A stretch of 64,000 nt of DNA from Candidatus Nomurabacteria bacterium (lineage in GTDB: Bacteria > Patescibacteriota > Minisyncoccia > Phycocordibacterales > UBA9973). The notes beneath the pieces are model-generated. The model ran no database searches. It saw only the letters and a list, made by a program, of their open reading frames with translations, and was not told the DNA's origin. Numbering within the stretch: the stretch's first letter is position 1; every line of letters begins with the position of its first letter. Below are positions 10,901-19,459 of the stretch, one piece after another. The translations under genes and the position numbers were made by a program. The stretch covers positions 80,253-144,252 of the forward strand of contig JAHFNH010000001.1 of NCBI GenBank assembly GCA_023267435.1, in the 5' to 3' direction.

Positions 10901-11053
10901 ATTACTTGATGGCGCACTTTTAGTACCATCTGTTTTAACAGAAGCATCTTGCGCGAAAGTTATAGGCGTGAGAGAAATAAAAAAACCTAAAACAAGAAAG
11001 AAAACTACAGCTCTAACTAACACTAACGAACATAAAAATTTCTTTATATTCAT
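4976..11053 (-). CDS. RHS/YD-repeat protein with SpvB-like and FG-GAP repeats and a C-terminal M15-type peptidase
   Basis: Signal peptide; PPGRNNTQPNLSLQYNS..FGYGW (SpvB-like); DVNGDG repeats; YD repeats; RHS core HTDHLGS...YLNARYY...PVNMKDPSG; tip with SAHYVGTAVD and WGGDF..DGVHID. Confidence 0.9.
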   Translation of the reverse strand: MNIKKFLCSLVLVRAVVFFLVLGFFISLTPITFAQDASVKTDGTKSAPSSNVSDTNTTDVALPDLSAKDINAKVTATDNISAIKKDAPSGGTISSEDTLTPTVEKNKSPNPTVSPMNQTNEYANVKKSIAQTDPSTGALVYSYTIAVPPGRNNTQPNLSLQYNSQNLIQDSVFGYGWSMNIPYIQRVNKKGTNTLFTDNYFSSSLSGDLVNVSGGTYASKIEKGDFLKYSFSSNMWTVTDKTGTIYTFGTNTNTRQDDPNNFSHVYKWMLESVQDTNGNFISYTYYKNSSQIYPATITYSNHSASSGIFEIDFLRSSSRSDAMMSAAAGFPSTTNYLINEIDVKVNGTWTSKYVFNYIAGTNTNRSLLSSIIESGQDTNGTVTTLPATSFSYTQGTSGFTPSNQSSTYIPIDTHNGTIPADVNGDGYTDLIQAWNNVDYYYNSAKGIYLYHPSSDNWQLDTSRSVPSDIWIARHDNNGWGDASTKVIDVNGDGLNDMVRNDPYSSWGAQASYLNNGSGWTANPSWNPPFSYPQAVADLNGDGFSDYIKDVSVWPSPVTTSIAWDTGSNFSTYNASVGQTFASPEFLNDQVFADVNGDGLADIIKSTYGVPPAQPSGMFQSVYLNTGTGWVLDSSYTLPSDFIILTRTQNGNVFNREIFQDINGDGLVDILYPYQLGGACGASCTNLKVYINQGHSWVWDINWNTGANLGINDYIDLNPGLLFDANGDGQADILNQGNYFDGITNHITNNVFFNKTTLPVDLLASITLPTGGQTNVTYKMSNHYKDGNGNLLNPSLPLNLPTTYQITTNDGNGNTGTTTYSYQGGSYFFNGSTDRKFAGFNKVIETDPAGNTTATYYHTGIGTDSSHGEYNDDEWKIGQPYRIEKTDSSTNLYSVVVNKWDDYDLGNGNKFVKLTSTTALTYDGTSSHRDTAEEYSYDNVYGNLIQKTSWGEVTANTDGSFTDIGSDKSIENILYIANTGNNVTGLPYDDTVFDQNGAKVNETRNYYDRLALGSVGLGNQTKIEKWLTGITFVNTQKSYDGVYGNVVSLTDENGHVTSYSYDSYHLYPATVTDALNHSVNYLYNYSLGKPKQITDQNGFVYKTEYDGLDRVLVEKVPDLITPSILVTKTAYVYTDIAGAVSIHKTDYLNASNSVDTYQYFDGLGRIIQNRKETETSNNFNVSDYVYNNLGMIQKQSLPYTGTGLVKTFPNTNVSLYTIYIYDPMGRVLNSVNSVGTTSYVYNLWKISVTDPRGKIKDTYSDARGNLIRVDEHNSGSTYTTAYSWNLNGKVKNITDALSNVRNFTYDGLGRRLTAEDLHTPGDTTFGIWTYAYDNAGNMTQSVSPEAKTTNYTFDVLNRMLTENYTGATGTEISYFYDSCTNGISKICGIVMPSGANISYTYDSNGNITSETKTINSNIFVTSYVYDEQGNVTIMTYPDNAQVRYTFNTAGLLNQIERKENAGSFTNVISNIDYSPMNQVAVINYANGTTTTNTYNASQMYRLSNKFTTNGNGISLQNIVYTYDMDNNIIQIIDTSNTSATKNVVYAYDDLNRLVVAFATGVPAGQTPYTQNFTYNAVGNILNKSDVGNYLYQGNTGTNYANPHAATSINSVTNTYDKNGNLLTDGTIINTWNYKNELVQVTKNVNLSNSRSPIAQPVQNSITLVYQYDNAGNRVRMQKGSVNTYYPNNFYNTDGTKKTKSIYIGDQLVATVETVGGVVTPYYVHTDHLGSTNVVSNTTGTSVQLLDYFPFGSQRISSGTYNTQRQYIGQVYDTDTGLDYLNARYYKAGVGQFISQDSMFWQLPQELLLDPQQQNSYSYARDNPVNMKDPSGKIAVLSAIKSFLNSINSFLSKGSTQTVLSGQKTSTSDSGTTLVNYKGNNFLNSTNKVPVDFTKDLNRLNQYAGKNDVKLQIESSGVRIKGDPIPGDVYHKQGEVTENSAHYVGTAVDVNIQYKNNNKDIMCGSSCLNSGFNSLPNPVQGFVGDVRNDSGLRWGGDFNRVDGVHIDNGLYQHNPNEYLRRFNILQN

Positions 11054-11158
11054 GCAATAAATTATTAGCTATAATAATGTTGTCTTTATTGTAAACAAAC
11101 AAAAAACAAAAAGGAAACATGGGGTGTGAATAAACACAAAATATGCCATAATAACTAC

Positions 11159-11764
11159 ATGAAAAGCATAGAATCAATTTGTATATTTGGAGACAGCACC
11201 GCTTGGGGAGCCTGGGATTTTGAAAAAGGCGGATGGGTCAATCGCCTATGGCTTCACGTCGGAAAAAGAAATGAGAACTATGTGAAAATTTATAATCAAA
11301 GCATTTCCGGCGGAACAACTGAAACAATCCTCGCTCGTTTTGAAAATGAAGCGAAAATTAGAAATGCTGATGCGATAATATTTCAAACTGGCGGAAATGA
11401 TGCAGCGTATGAACATACTCCTGGAAATTATTTAGTCCAACCAGAAAAATTCAAAGAGAATATAGAAGAGATAATCAAAAGAGCAAAAAATATTACAGAA
11501 AATATAATTTTCATGGATTTGAAAAACTGCGACGAACCAAAAACAACCCCTGTGTCATGGATTGATATATATTACACAAACGACAATATTAAAAAATACA
11601 GCGACATAATGAAAGAAGTTTGTGAGAAAAATAATGTTCCCTTCTTAGATATCGGATTATTAGAAAATTCTGATTTTGATGACGGTCTGCATCCCAACGC
11701 ATCCGGTCACGAGAAAATTTTTGAAAAAGTAAAAGAATTCTTAATTTCTAAAAAATGGATTTAA
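11159..11764 (+). CDS. SGNH/GDSL hydrolase
   Basis: FGDST, GGND and DGLHPN blocks. Confidence 0.9.
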   Translation: MKSIESICIFGDSTAWGAWDFEKGGWVNRLWLHVGKRNENYVKIYNQSISGGTTETILARFENEAKIRNADAIIFQTGGNDAAYEHTPGNYLVQPEKFKENIEEIIKRAKNITENIIFMDLKNCDEPKTTPVSWIDIYYTNDNIKKYSDIMKEVCEKNNVPFLDIGLLENSDFDDGLHPNASGHEKIFEKVKEFLISKKWI

Positions 11765-11769
11765 AATAA

Positions 11770-11805
11770 AAACACTCGCAAGGATAGTCCTTGCGAGTGT
11801 TTTTT
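11770..11805. terminator. Bidirectional intrinsic terminator
   Basis: AAACACTCGCAAGGA-TAG-TCCTTGCGAGTGTTT between convergent genes. Confidence 0.85.
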
Positions 11806-11817
11806 ATAGAATAAAAC

Positions 11818-12096
11818 TTATTTAGAATCTTCTTTGAAACACTTGTTCCAGAAGAAAGCCATAAACCAACCAAAAAGATAACCAACAATAAAAGTTACAA
11901 TAATGAGTCCAAGAGCTTTAAATAAATTAAAAGGCAATATTACCATCGGCATACTAATCATGTGTAAATCAAGAATAAAATTCATCAATGCTTGAGCTAC
12001 TCCTAAAGCAACTAAGATACTCCAAACTAAATGAAAAGAACCGATAAGCAAACCAAAAGTCAAAGCTGTTTTATTTTTATTTATTTGCATATTCAT
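11818..12096 (-). CDS. Small membrane protein
   Basis: Two hydrophobic helices, HLVWSILVALG motif. Confidence 0.75.
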   Translation of the reverse strand: MNMQINKNKTALTFGLLIGSFHLVWSILVALGVAQALMNFILDLHMISMPMVILPFNLFKALGLIIVTFIVGYLFGWFMAFFWNKCFKEDSK

Positions 12097-12170
12097 AAAT
12101 TAATTTTTAATTAAGCTTATAATAGTTAAATTATAACATAACAGAAATTACAAGGACCATCCCTGCTGAA

Positions 12171-12602
12171 CTAGTGATTGTAATAACCAATTATAAAAAC
12201 ACCAAATATTACAATAATTCCTCCCACAACAGTCGAAATAGTTATATTATTTCTAAATAAAAGATAACTAAAAAGAGCAATAAATACCGGATATGAAAGC
12301 TCAATAAGACTAGACAGCACGGCATTTTTTGCAACAATAGCAGAACCAATACTAAATTCCGCTATTACAAGAGTTACAATTCCACCTAGGACATAAAGAA
12401 GAGTTCTTTTAGATGAAATTATTTCAATAAAATCAGATTTAATTGAATTATTAAAATAAGCAATCAATAACGATATTAAAAATACAACAAAAGACGCAAT
12501 TGCCAAATAAGAATACAAAGATATTTTTTTATATATCTCTTCATTTAGAACATAACCTATTCCCCAAAACAATGACGCGCTAATCGCAAATAAAATCCAC
12601 AT
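12171..12602 (-). CDS. EamA/DMT family transporter (single domain)
   Basis: Five TM helices, SYPVFIALFSYLLF pattern. Confidence 0.75.
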   Translation of the reverse strand: MWILFAISASLFWGIGYVLNEEIYKKISLYSYLAIASFVVFLISLLIAYFNNSIKSDFIEIISSKRTLLYVLGGIVTLVIAEFSIGSAIVAKNAVLSSLIELSYPVFIALFSYLLFRNNITISTVVGGIIVIFGVFIIGYYNH

Positions 12603-12617
12603 AAGAACATACTAACA

Positions 12618-14375
12618 TTAAACTTCTTCTGGTAAAAATCCTCCGGCTTGCATGTGCCACAAATTGGCATACTTTCCATTCTTTTTTAATAATTCCTCAT
12701 GCGTGCCGTCTTCAATAATCTTGCCATTTTCAAGAAAGATAATTCTATCCATGAATTGCAAAGTGGAAAGGCGGTGAGCTATTGCTATCACAGTTTTGTT
12801 TTGCATCAGAACTTTGAGTGCTGTTTGCACTTTTGCCTCACTGTCGCTATCGAGTGCGCTTGTGGCTTCATCGAGAATGAATAACGGACTGTTTTTTAGA
12901 ATTGCCCGAGCAATAGCAACTCTCTGTCTTTGCCCACCAGAAAGCTTCACTCCGCGCTCCCCGACAATGGTGTCATAACCTTTCGGCAATGTCTGAATAA
13001 ATTCATCTGCGTATGCCATTTTTGCCACTTCTATTATTTTTTCTCTCGGAACTTCCAGTGATCCATACTGAATATTTTCTGCGATGGTCGTATGGAAAAG
13101 AGAGGTATCTTGAGAAATAAAAGAAATATGTGAACGAAGAGATTCTTGAGTTATTTCCGAAATATCAAGGCTATTGATAATTATTTTTCCTTCTTGCGGA
13201 TCAAAAAATCTAAGCAGTAAATTTATCAAGGTTGTCTTCCCTACTCCGCTCAAGCCGACAATGCCAATCTTTTGTTTTGGTGGAATAATTAAAGAAAAAT
13301 GATCCAGAATATTTTTGTTTTCATTGTAAGTAAAACTGACATCCTGATAAATAACATCAACTGTGTCCCATTTGTTTACGATATGATTCTTGCCGTCATT
13401 CACGGAAGGTTCAACCAAAAGATCTTTAAGCACTTGGGAACATTCACTATAATTTCTAGTAAATTCTGAAAGGCTGTTTCCTGCATTGTAAACATAACTT
13501 ATTATCTTTAAACCGACGCCCGATATGAGCACCATCTCACCTATACTGATGAGTCCATGATTATATCCTCGAGCGGTTAGAATAATAAAAGCACATCCAA
13601 GCAAAACTGCCGAAACTCCCTGATACAGATAAACTAACACAAACCATTTACCCATGCTCAACTGTGAGTGATATTCTTTGTCGATTTGATTGTATATCCG
13701 CTGTTGATCAAAATCCCTGCTATACACTTTCACGGATGAAATATTAGTATAAATATCTACGAGTGCTCCGGTAGTGTTAGAACTGTCTTCCGCAAACATT
13801 TCTGCATATAAATTTATTTTTTTAATAAATGGACGAATTCCGACAATAAAGACAATCACCCACACAACAATCGCGAGACCAAGAGGTGGATACACGAGAG
13901 TCATTGTAACCATACTGATAACTACCAGCACGATGTTATCAATAAAATTATTCGTGACATTGTTTTTCATCGATTCAAGAGTATCTGCCGCGGTGCTTAT
14001 TTTGTGAGAAATTTGTCCAGCAAATCTATCGGCAAAATAACCAAAGGAAAGCTTCGAAGTATGAGCAAAAAGATATTTTTTAACATTTCGCCTAATACGA
14101 GAACTGACAGTGACTTCCAGCACATGGCCAATGCGATAAGAAAATTCATTGGTAAACAATGTAATAACAAGAAGTATTGTAAGTATTTTTACGTTGCCAT
14201 TGCCGGCATTTAAAGCATCAATAATCTTTCCTAAAAAATACGAAATGCCTATTGAGGTAAAAGTTCCTATGCCGTAAAACAAGCTGTTCAAAAGTATCCA
14301 TTTTATTTCTTTGGAATTAGTGGCTAGAAAAAACTTTAACGGATTATTATAATTTTCAGATTTTATTTTGTTCAT
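12618..14375 (-). CDS. ABC exporter, fused permease and ATPase
   Basis: TM domain plus GLSGVGKT, LSGGQRQR and ILDEATS. Confidence 0.95.
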   Translation of the reverse strand: MNKIKSENYNNPLKFFLATNSKEIKWILLNSLFYGIGTFTSIGISYFLGKIIDALNAGNGNVKILTILLVITLFTNEFSYRIGHVLEVTVSSRIRRNVKKYLFAHTSKLSFGYFADRFAGQISHKISTAADTLESMKNNVTNNFIDNIVLVVISMVTMTLVYPPLGLAIVVWVIVFIVGIRPFIKKINLYAEMFAEDSSNTTGALVDIYTNISSVKVYSRDFDQQRIYNQIDKEYHSQLSMGKWFVLVYLYQGVSAVLLGCAFIILTARGYNHGLISIGEMVLISGVGLKIISYVYNAGNSLSEFTRNYSECSQVLKDLLVEPSVNDGKNHIVNKWDTVDVIYQDVSFTYNENKNILDHFSLIIPPKQKIGIVGLSGVGKTTLINLLLRFFDPQEGKIIINSLDISEITQESLRSHISFISQDTSLFHTTIAENIQYGSLEVPREKIIEVAKMAYADEFIQTLPKGYDTIVGERGVKLSGGQRQRVAIARAILKNSPLFILDEATSALDSDSEAKVQTALKVLMQNKTVIAIAHRLSTLQFMDRIIFLENGKIIEDGTHEELLKKNGKYANLWHMQAGGFLPEEV

Positions 14376-15570
14376 TTTTTTTATTAAAATTAAAATAAAT
14401 TACGGCGAAAATAATGCTGATTACTGCTAATACAGAAAGAGTGATACGCATGCTTGATAAGTCTATCATGATACCTAAAACAATCGGTCCGGTGATTTCT
14501 GCTACTTGCGACACACCTTCAAATGCTCCGCTCAATGTGCCAATGTGTTCTTTCGGAACCGCAAGCGTTATTTCCCTATCAACTGATAGGCCTAACAATT
14601 GAAGACATGAACCAATCAAAAATACTAAAACCAACTGCGCTGGAAATATTGGAATAAAAGCAAGGAGAAATAAGAAAACTGTTAAAAATCCACATGTCCA
14701 AAATATTGTGTGTTTATATTTATCGGCAATTAAACCAAGAGGAGAACTAAATAAAGCCGGAAAAGCTGCAAAACCAGTTAGTAAAACAATTTGCCAAAGA
14801 CTTTGGTGTTGAGTAAAAGCATAAATAGGAATAAAAAACTCTCCGACTGTGGCTGTTATATCAATAAACAAATAAAATACTGCAAGCCAGCGTACGTTCC
14901 TGCCCCAAGAAATAATTGTTTTGAAAAAACTTCCATAAGAACCGAAAACTGAGAGACGAGCTTCTTTGGTAAGAGATGAAGCAGTCAGTCCATCCGGTAG
15001 TTTGCGCACGAAATAAATCGCAATGAGCGAAGTCGGAGCAATCATTAAAAATAAATAATGAATAGGAATATATCGTACAAGTATCGCACTAATGAAAATA
15101 GCCACGAGCCACCAGAAATTTGCCAATGAATCCATATATCCGAATGAAGTAGCAATATTTTCGGGCTTAGCGTGAGTGCGCACATAAGTAGCTCGTCCGA
15201 CACCATCGAGAGCATAAGCAACGCCGTTGATAATACGCGCACAAACAATGAAAGCAATAACCCCAAATACTCCAGCGGAAAAATAACTGATACTGATAAA
15301 TGGATACAACAATAATGAAACAATCAAAAGTTTCTTACTGGCGATATTGTCAGCGAGCCAAGACACCATTGGAAGTGAAAGCAAAAATACAACTCCATAA
15401 ATAGAACGCAATAAACCTGTCTCAGCATAAGTGTGAGCGAAAGAGAAAAGGAAAATAGGCAAAAATGCCTCAGCAAACCCCCAACCGAACCAGCGGATAG
15501 ATGTGGCGATAGATATAAGTCGCACTCCTTCTTCAATATTTGGATTAAAAAGTTTAAAAAATTTCTTCAT
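14356..15570 (-). CDS. MFS transporter
   Basis: 404 aa, about 12 TM helices, motif-A-like WLADNIASKK and GLIADKYK. Confidence 0.85.
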   Translation of the reverse strand: MKKFFKLFNPNIEEGVRLISIATSIRWFGWGFAEAFLPIFLFSFAHTYAETGLLRSIYGVVFLLSLPMVSWLADNIASKKLLIVSLLLYPFISISYFSAGVFGVIAFIVCARIINGVAYALDGVGRATYVRTHAKPENIATSFGYMDSLANFWWLVAIFISAILVRYIPIHYLFLMIAPTSLIAIYFVRKLPDGLTASSLTKEARLSVFGSYGSFFKTIISWGRNVRWLAVFYLFIDITATVGEFFIPIYAFTQHQSLWQIVLLTGFAAFPALFSSPLGLIADKYKHTIFWTCGFLTVFLFLLAFIPIFPAQLVLVFLIGSCLQLLGLSVDREITLAVPKEHIGTLSGAFEGVSQVAEITGPIVLGIMIDLSSMRITLSVLAVISIIFAVIYFNFNKKNEQNKI

Positions 15571-15587
15571 ATAAATGATTACTCAAC

Positions 15588-15660
15588 TTGGTCATTTTAG
15601 CATATTTGTGATATTGTTTGGTTAGAAATTCAATTGTTGTCTAACTAAAAACTTAATAAA
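15588..15660 (+). promoter_or_regulatory. One-sided member of the repeated ORFan promoter/leader family
   Basis: TGATATTGTTTGGTTAGAAATT (15609-15630) is identical to 17726-17747; both are followed by a TCTAAC hairpin arm. Confidence 0.65.
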
Positions 15661-16149
15661 ATGTTCACATACAAAGAAATCGAAAAATCCTGTAAACGAC
15701 TGGGAATCGATACAGAAAAAAGAGGTAAAAATCCTTTTGCTTTGGCTAAAACAATTTACGCCAAAGATAAATCCGCGAACCTAAAAGAGCTAGGGTTCCC
15801 TGAAAAGGAAAAGGTTCAAATTGAAAAAATTGGCAAACTGATTAATAATTTATTTTCCCAACTCACATTTCCACGTTCTTTTAATTTAACAACCGAAGAA
15901 GGTAAATTAGAAAAAGAGATGGATGATAAAATAAGTAAATTTTTACCAACCGCATGTCTTAGCCAAAAAGAGTGGCTTCAATCTGGAGCTCAAAAAGCTT
16001 CACTAAATGTTTCAGATTTTTCTTTGGATTCAGGTATTGTTTATGAACTAGATAAAGAAAAAGTTAAAGCTATGAAAGATATGCACGATAGTGGTCCACG
16101 ATATGTCCGTCTTAATAGAGGTGGTCACAATAGAAGATTTGGTGGATAA
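15661..16149 (+). CDS. Hypothetical protein (ORFan-like)
   Basis: ATG ORF with its own promoter and a terminator at about 16160-16188. Confidence 0.7.
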   Translation: MFTYKEIEKSCKRLGIDTEKRGKNPFALAKTIYAKDKSANLKELGFPEKEKVQIEKIGKLINNLFSQLTFPRSFNLTTEEGKLEKEMDDKISKFLPTACLSQKEWLQSGAQKASLNVSDFSLDSGIVYELDKEKVKAMKDMHDSGPRYVRLNRGGHNRRFGG

Positions 16150-16217
16150 ATTATTAATAAAAAAGACTGAAAAAATTCAGTCTTTTTATTTTACCTAAAC
16201 TCAAAACGAGATTTGCA

Positions 16218-16688
16218 CTATCTAAGCAATTTATACATATAGTATCTGGGATAATCTAATCCTTTTAATTCGGAAAATAATTTCATCCCTATTTTTTCAT
16301 AAAAAACTTTTGATTCCCCTGTGGCAAGCATAACGACTTTCTTCTTCCATCGTTTTTTAATTTCACAGAACAATCCTTTCATAAAAATTGTTCCCAGACC
16401 TTTCCCTTTATATTCCGGTTTTACCGCAAGGTATTCGATTGATACCACTGAAGAAGTGTATTCATCTTGCTTTATTCGCGCAGATGCAAACAATTTTCCA
16501 TCCTTATACAACCCATAGACAATACCTTTGTCTAAATCCGGAGAAACACTAAGACTGTTAGCAATAAATCCGAGCATTAATTTTTTATAATTTTTCTTAT
16601 TAGACGGACCTGATAAATAGGAAAGTTCAACAATTTCATCTATTGAAGTTGTTGGAGTTATGATTTTAACATCGAATTTTGTTTTCAT
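16218..16688 (-). CDS. GNAT acetyltransferase
   Basis: LAVKPEYKGKGLG and FYEKIG motifs. Confidence 0.9.
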   Translation of the reverse strand: MKTKFDVKIITPTTSIDEIVELSYLSGPSNKKNYKKLMLGFIANSLSVSPDLDKGIVYGLYKDGKLFASARIKQDEYTSSVVSIEYLAVKPEYKGKGLGTIFMKGLFCEIKKRWKKKVVMLATGESKVFYEKIGMKLFSELKGLDYPRYYMYKLLR

Positions 16689-16732
16689 TTGTCTATATTT
16701 ATTTAGTTAGAACTATGTTTATTTCTAGTTTC

Positions 16733-16778
16733 AGACTATCAACAAACCATTTACAAGTCAACATACTTGTGATATTGT
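16733..16778. promoter_or_regulatory. Symmetric bidirectional sigma70 promoter
   Basis: Plus TTTACA-17-TATTGT; minus TTGACT-17-TAGTCT; abutting -35 boxes. Confidence 0.7.
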
Positions 16779-16836
16779 TTGGTTAAATAAATTCCTGAAA
16801 AATAATCGAGCAATAGCTCATTAAAAACTTAAAACC

Positions 16837-17412
16837 ATGCTGATACTTAAAAAATTTCCTGAAATTAAGGATTGGGCACTGGATATAATGTCTAATACCC
16901 TACAATTTGAAACCGAACTTCCATATGAGTTGGGTCTAATCAAACAAACTTCGTTATTTGTTAAAAAAACAATTAGATTAAAAATTATAAGAAACCAATT
17001 TTATTGGGGAACTTTAGGTTACGACAATACAATAACCATTGTAGAGAGATTGGAAGGTTGGCAAAAGCTTCAAACAATTGGGCATGAAGTAGGACATGTT
17101 CTTGTTGATCATCACAACGACTTATACTGCTTGAAAGAACACCGTACAAAAGAATCTTTCCTGATTGATAAGGAAACGGGTAAAGAATTTATCGAAAATT
17201 GGCACGTTGAACTGGAGAAACAGGCGCAGGTATATTATCCTCCAACAGATTTTCGTTCCAGAGAAAATATAGTTGAAATATTATGCGATGAGATAGGAAT
17301 TTATTTTACTCAAAGAGTAAATAAGTTTAATAATCTTGAGTGTTATAGGGAAATTTGTCCTGACCAGCTACTTCTCTTTTCTGATGATGTTTTAAAAGCT
17401 CTTAAAAAATAA
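16837..17412 (+). CDS. HExxH metallopeptidase-like protein (ImmA/IrrE-like)
   Basis: TIGHEVGH and a downstream EILCDEIG. Confidence 0.6.
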   Translation: MLILKKFPEIKDWALDIMSNTLQFETELPYELGLIKQTSLFVKKTIRLKIIRNQFYWGTLGYDNTITIVERLEGWQKLQTIGHEVGHVLVDHHNDLYCLKEHRTKESFLIDKETGKEFIENWHVELEKQAQVYYPPTDFRSRENIVEILCDEIGIYFTQRVNKFNNLECYREICPDQLLLFSDDVLKALKK

Positions 17413-17485
17413 TTTAAGAGCTTTTTTATTTCCTTGCCCATTACAACATTCACAAAAATAAAAAAACCTGAATTTACTCAGGTTC

Positions 17486-17641
17486 TTAAATACGCAAATC
17501 AATTATTCCAAAAATTGCTAATAATAACACTGTAAAGGAAAAAACAGCTGAAATTATTGCAAAATAAAAGGAGCTGTTTAAAATAATTCGTTCAACTAAT
17601 GTTTGCTCGTATTCAGTATACTCATTTTTAAAAGTCTTCAT
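17486..17641 (-). CDS. Small membrane protein (51 aa), not in the ORF track
   Basis: MKTFKNEYTEYEQTLVERIILNSSFYFAIISAVFSFTVLLLAIFGIIDLRI; promoter upstream and hairpin AACCTGA/TCAGGTT at 17465-17484 downstream. Confidence 0.6.
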   Translation of the reverse strand: MKTFKNEYTEYEQTLVERIILNSSFYFAIISAVFSFTVLLLAIFGIIDLRI

Positions 17642-17688
17642 TTTATTTAAGTTTTTAATTTTTAGAACTCCGTTTATTATCTATCCCT

Positions 17689-17734
17689 ATACTACTATCA
17701 AATCTTTGACCTGTCAACGCATTTATGATATTGT
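17689..17734. promoter_or_regulatory. Symmetric bidirectional sigma70 promoter
   Basis: TTGACCTGTCAA core; plus TTGACC-17-TATTGT; minus TTGACA-17-TAGTAT. Confidence 0.75.
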
Positions 17735-17781
17735 TTGGTTAGAAATTTTGTTATTGTCTAACTCTCTAAATACCTTGAAAA

Positions 17782-18195
17782 ATGAAAAATCTAACTATTT
17801 TATTAGACCCAGCATATACTCTTGACTGGCGCGTGCTATTTATTTTCATAATTTTTTTTATCATTGCAATGTTTCTTATAAAGAGAACAATAGACAAGTC
17901 GTCTAAAACAGTTATCATTGAACCTGACAAAACCCTTCAACTTCAGGAGCTTCTTCTTAAAAGAACTATCATTGTTTTAAGAACAGACAGGAAATTACCA
18001 ATTGTTCAATATATTGAAGATTACCAAGAAGGTCTTAACACGGGAATGTTTGCTAATACATTTTATCTTGATAATTACGGTGAAGATAAATTATTAGAAG
18101 GAAAAACGTACGACATCGAATCAACCGGCAAAGGACAAATTCGATCATTGCGACAAGTTTCAATGTTGATTTGCGAAGATTTTATTGTGCATTAG
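17782..18195 (+). CDS. Hypothetical protein with N-terminal TM helix
   Basis: ATG ORF followed by a terminator at about 18208-18240. Confidence 0.7.
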   Translation: MKNLTILLDPAYTLDWRVLFIFIIFFIIAMFLIKRTIDKSSKTVIIEPDKTLQLQELLLKRTIIVLRTDRKLPIVQYIEDYQEGLNTGMFANTFYLDNYGEDKLLEGKTYDIESTGKGQIRSLRQVSMLICEDFIVH

Positions 18196-18238
18196 TTAAA
18201 AAATCAAAAAACCAATCACTATATAGTGGTTGGTTTTT

Positions 18239-18454
18239 TTATTTTTCTATAAATCTAAACCTTGGAATTTGTTTTCCTTCAACTTCTACATTTTCTAAAA
18301 ACATTTTCAATGGTCTAACCCATAAATCATTTTCACCATACAAAGCGCGGTAAACAACCAACTCTTCTAGAGTTTCACTGTGTTTAGCCACACCAATGAC
18401 TTCATATTGTTTGCCTTTATAATGTTCGTATTTCCCTAATTTTATTTTAGGCAT
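18239..18454 (-). CDS. DUF1653 family protein
   Basis: GKYEHYKG..YEV...A.HSET.E.LVVYRALY...LWVRP..MF. Confidence 0.9.
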   Translation of the reverse strand: MPKIKLGKYEHYKGKQYEVIGVAKHSETLEELVVYRALYGENDLWVRPLKMFLENVEVEGKQIPRFRFIEK

Positions 18455-18460
18455 AAATTT

Positions 18461-18988
18461 TTATTTTATTTGATCCACCTTTTTTAAAATTCCCACTCGT
18501 TTCAATATCCGCAAAGCACAATCTCTCACTTCTTTATGTTTGCTGGATGAAGCTGTGCATTCCTCTATAACGTAAGTGAAAAATCCAAGATCAAAAGATT
18601 CATAAGCCGTAGCTAAAACACAATCATCTGTATCACACCCGACAATATGAATTTCTTCAATTCCCTTTTCTTTTAAAATTGAAAGTATATTTGGGTTGCC
18701 TTTAAAAACCGACTTGGTTTCTTTTTCTACCTTTACGTAATTCTTGTCTTTTAAAAGCTCAGTGATTTCAGGCACAGTGTAAAAATTTTCGTCTTTAGGA
18801 CAAACCCAATCTGTCTGTTTATTCCAAAGAGAATTTTTCTCTGCATGAAAAAGAGATTCAATATAAAGATCATAAGGAACATTTTTTATAAGTTCCACAA
18901 TAGCAGGAATTACAAAACTACTATTTTCTTTAACAAATGCCGGTTGCACATCCACTATTATCAATGCTTTCTTTTTTATGTTTTCCAT
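18461..18988 (-). CDS. Isochorismatase-like cysteine hydrolase
   Basis: LIIVDVQ, K...SVF and GCDTDDCV motifs. Confidence 0.9.
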   Translation of the reverse strand: MENIKKKALIIVDVQPAFVKENSSFVIPAIVELIKNVPYDLYIESLFHAEKNSLWNKQTDWVCPKDENFYTVPEITELLKDKNYVKVEKETKSVFKGNPNILSILKEKGIEEIHIVGCDTDDCVLATAYESFDLGFFTYVIEECTASSSKHKEVRDCALRILKRVGILKKVDQIK

Positions 18989-19007
18989 TTTTATATTACT
19001 TCAAATT

Positions 19008-19454
19008 TCATAAATAAAGTTGAAATACCTTACACTCACCACCAGATTCGTCTTTTGTTATTCTACGCAATATCCATCCATTTCTTAAAAGGAATTCCTC
19101 AATTATGGCGTTATCTGTACAAGTTAGAACGATCTTTTCTTTTTGATTTTTAAGAAATTCAATGCGTTTTTCATATAAGGTTTTATAAATACCCTGTTTT
19201 CGATATTCTGGTAAAACAACAGCATCTGCAAGCCATGGTAAACCATTATCAATGTTATCTGGACTTGCAACTCTAGTAATACTTCCAAAACCCACCAGCT
19301 TATCTTTTTCAAAACAACCAATAATATAATCAGCTTTTTTAAGTTCACTCCATGCATCAACTGGATAATCCAAACCCCAAGAATATTCTTGAATCATTTG
19401 AGCGCATTCTTTAGCTTCTGGTTCTGTTGTAGATATTTCCCTGTAATTAAACAT
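19008..19454 (-). CDS. GNAT acetyltransferase
   Basis: VLPEYRKQGIY acetyl-CoA binding motif. Confidence 0.85.
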   Translation of the reverse strand: MFNYREISTTEPEAKECAQMIQEYSWGLDYPVDAWSELKKADYIIGCFEKDKLVGFGSITRVASPDNIDNGLPWLADAVVLPEYRKQGIYKTLYEKRIEFLKNQKEKIVLTCTDNAIIEEFLLRNGWILRRITKDESGGECKVFQLYL

Positions 19455-19459
19455 AATTT

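Noticed and set aside
15618-17765. GTTAGA...TCTAAC motifs as integron attC sites
   Set aside because: The order is core then inverse core (opposite to attC), they lie in 5' leaders rather than after genes, and no integron integrase is in the window
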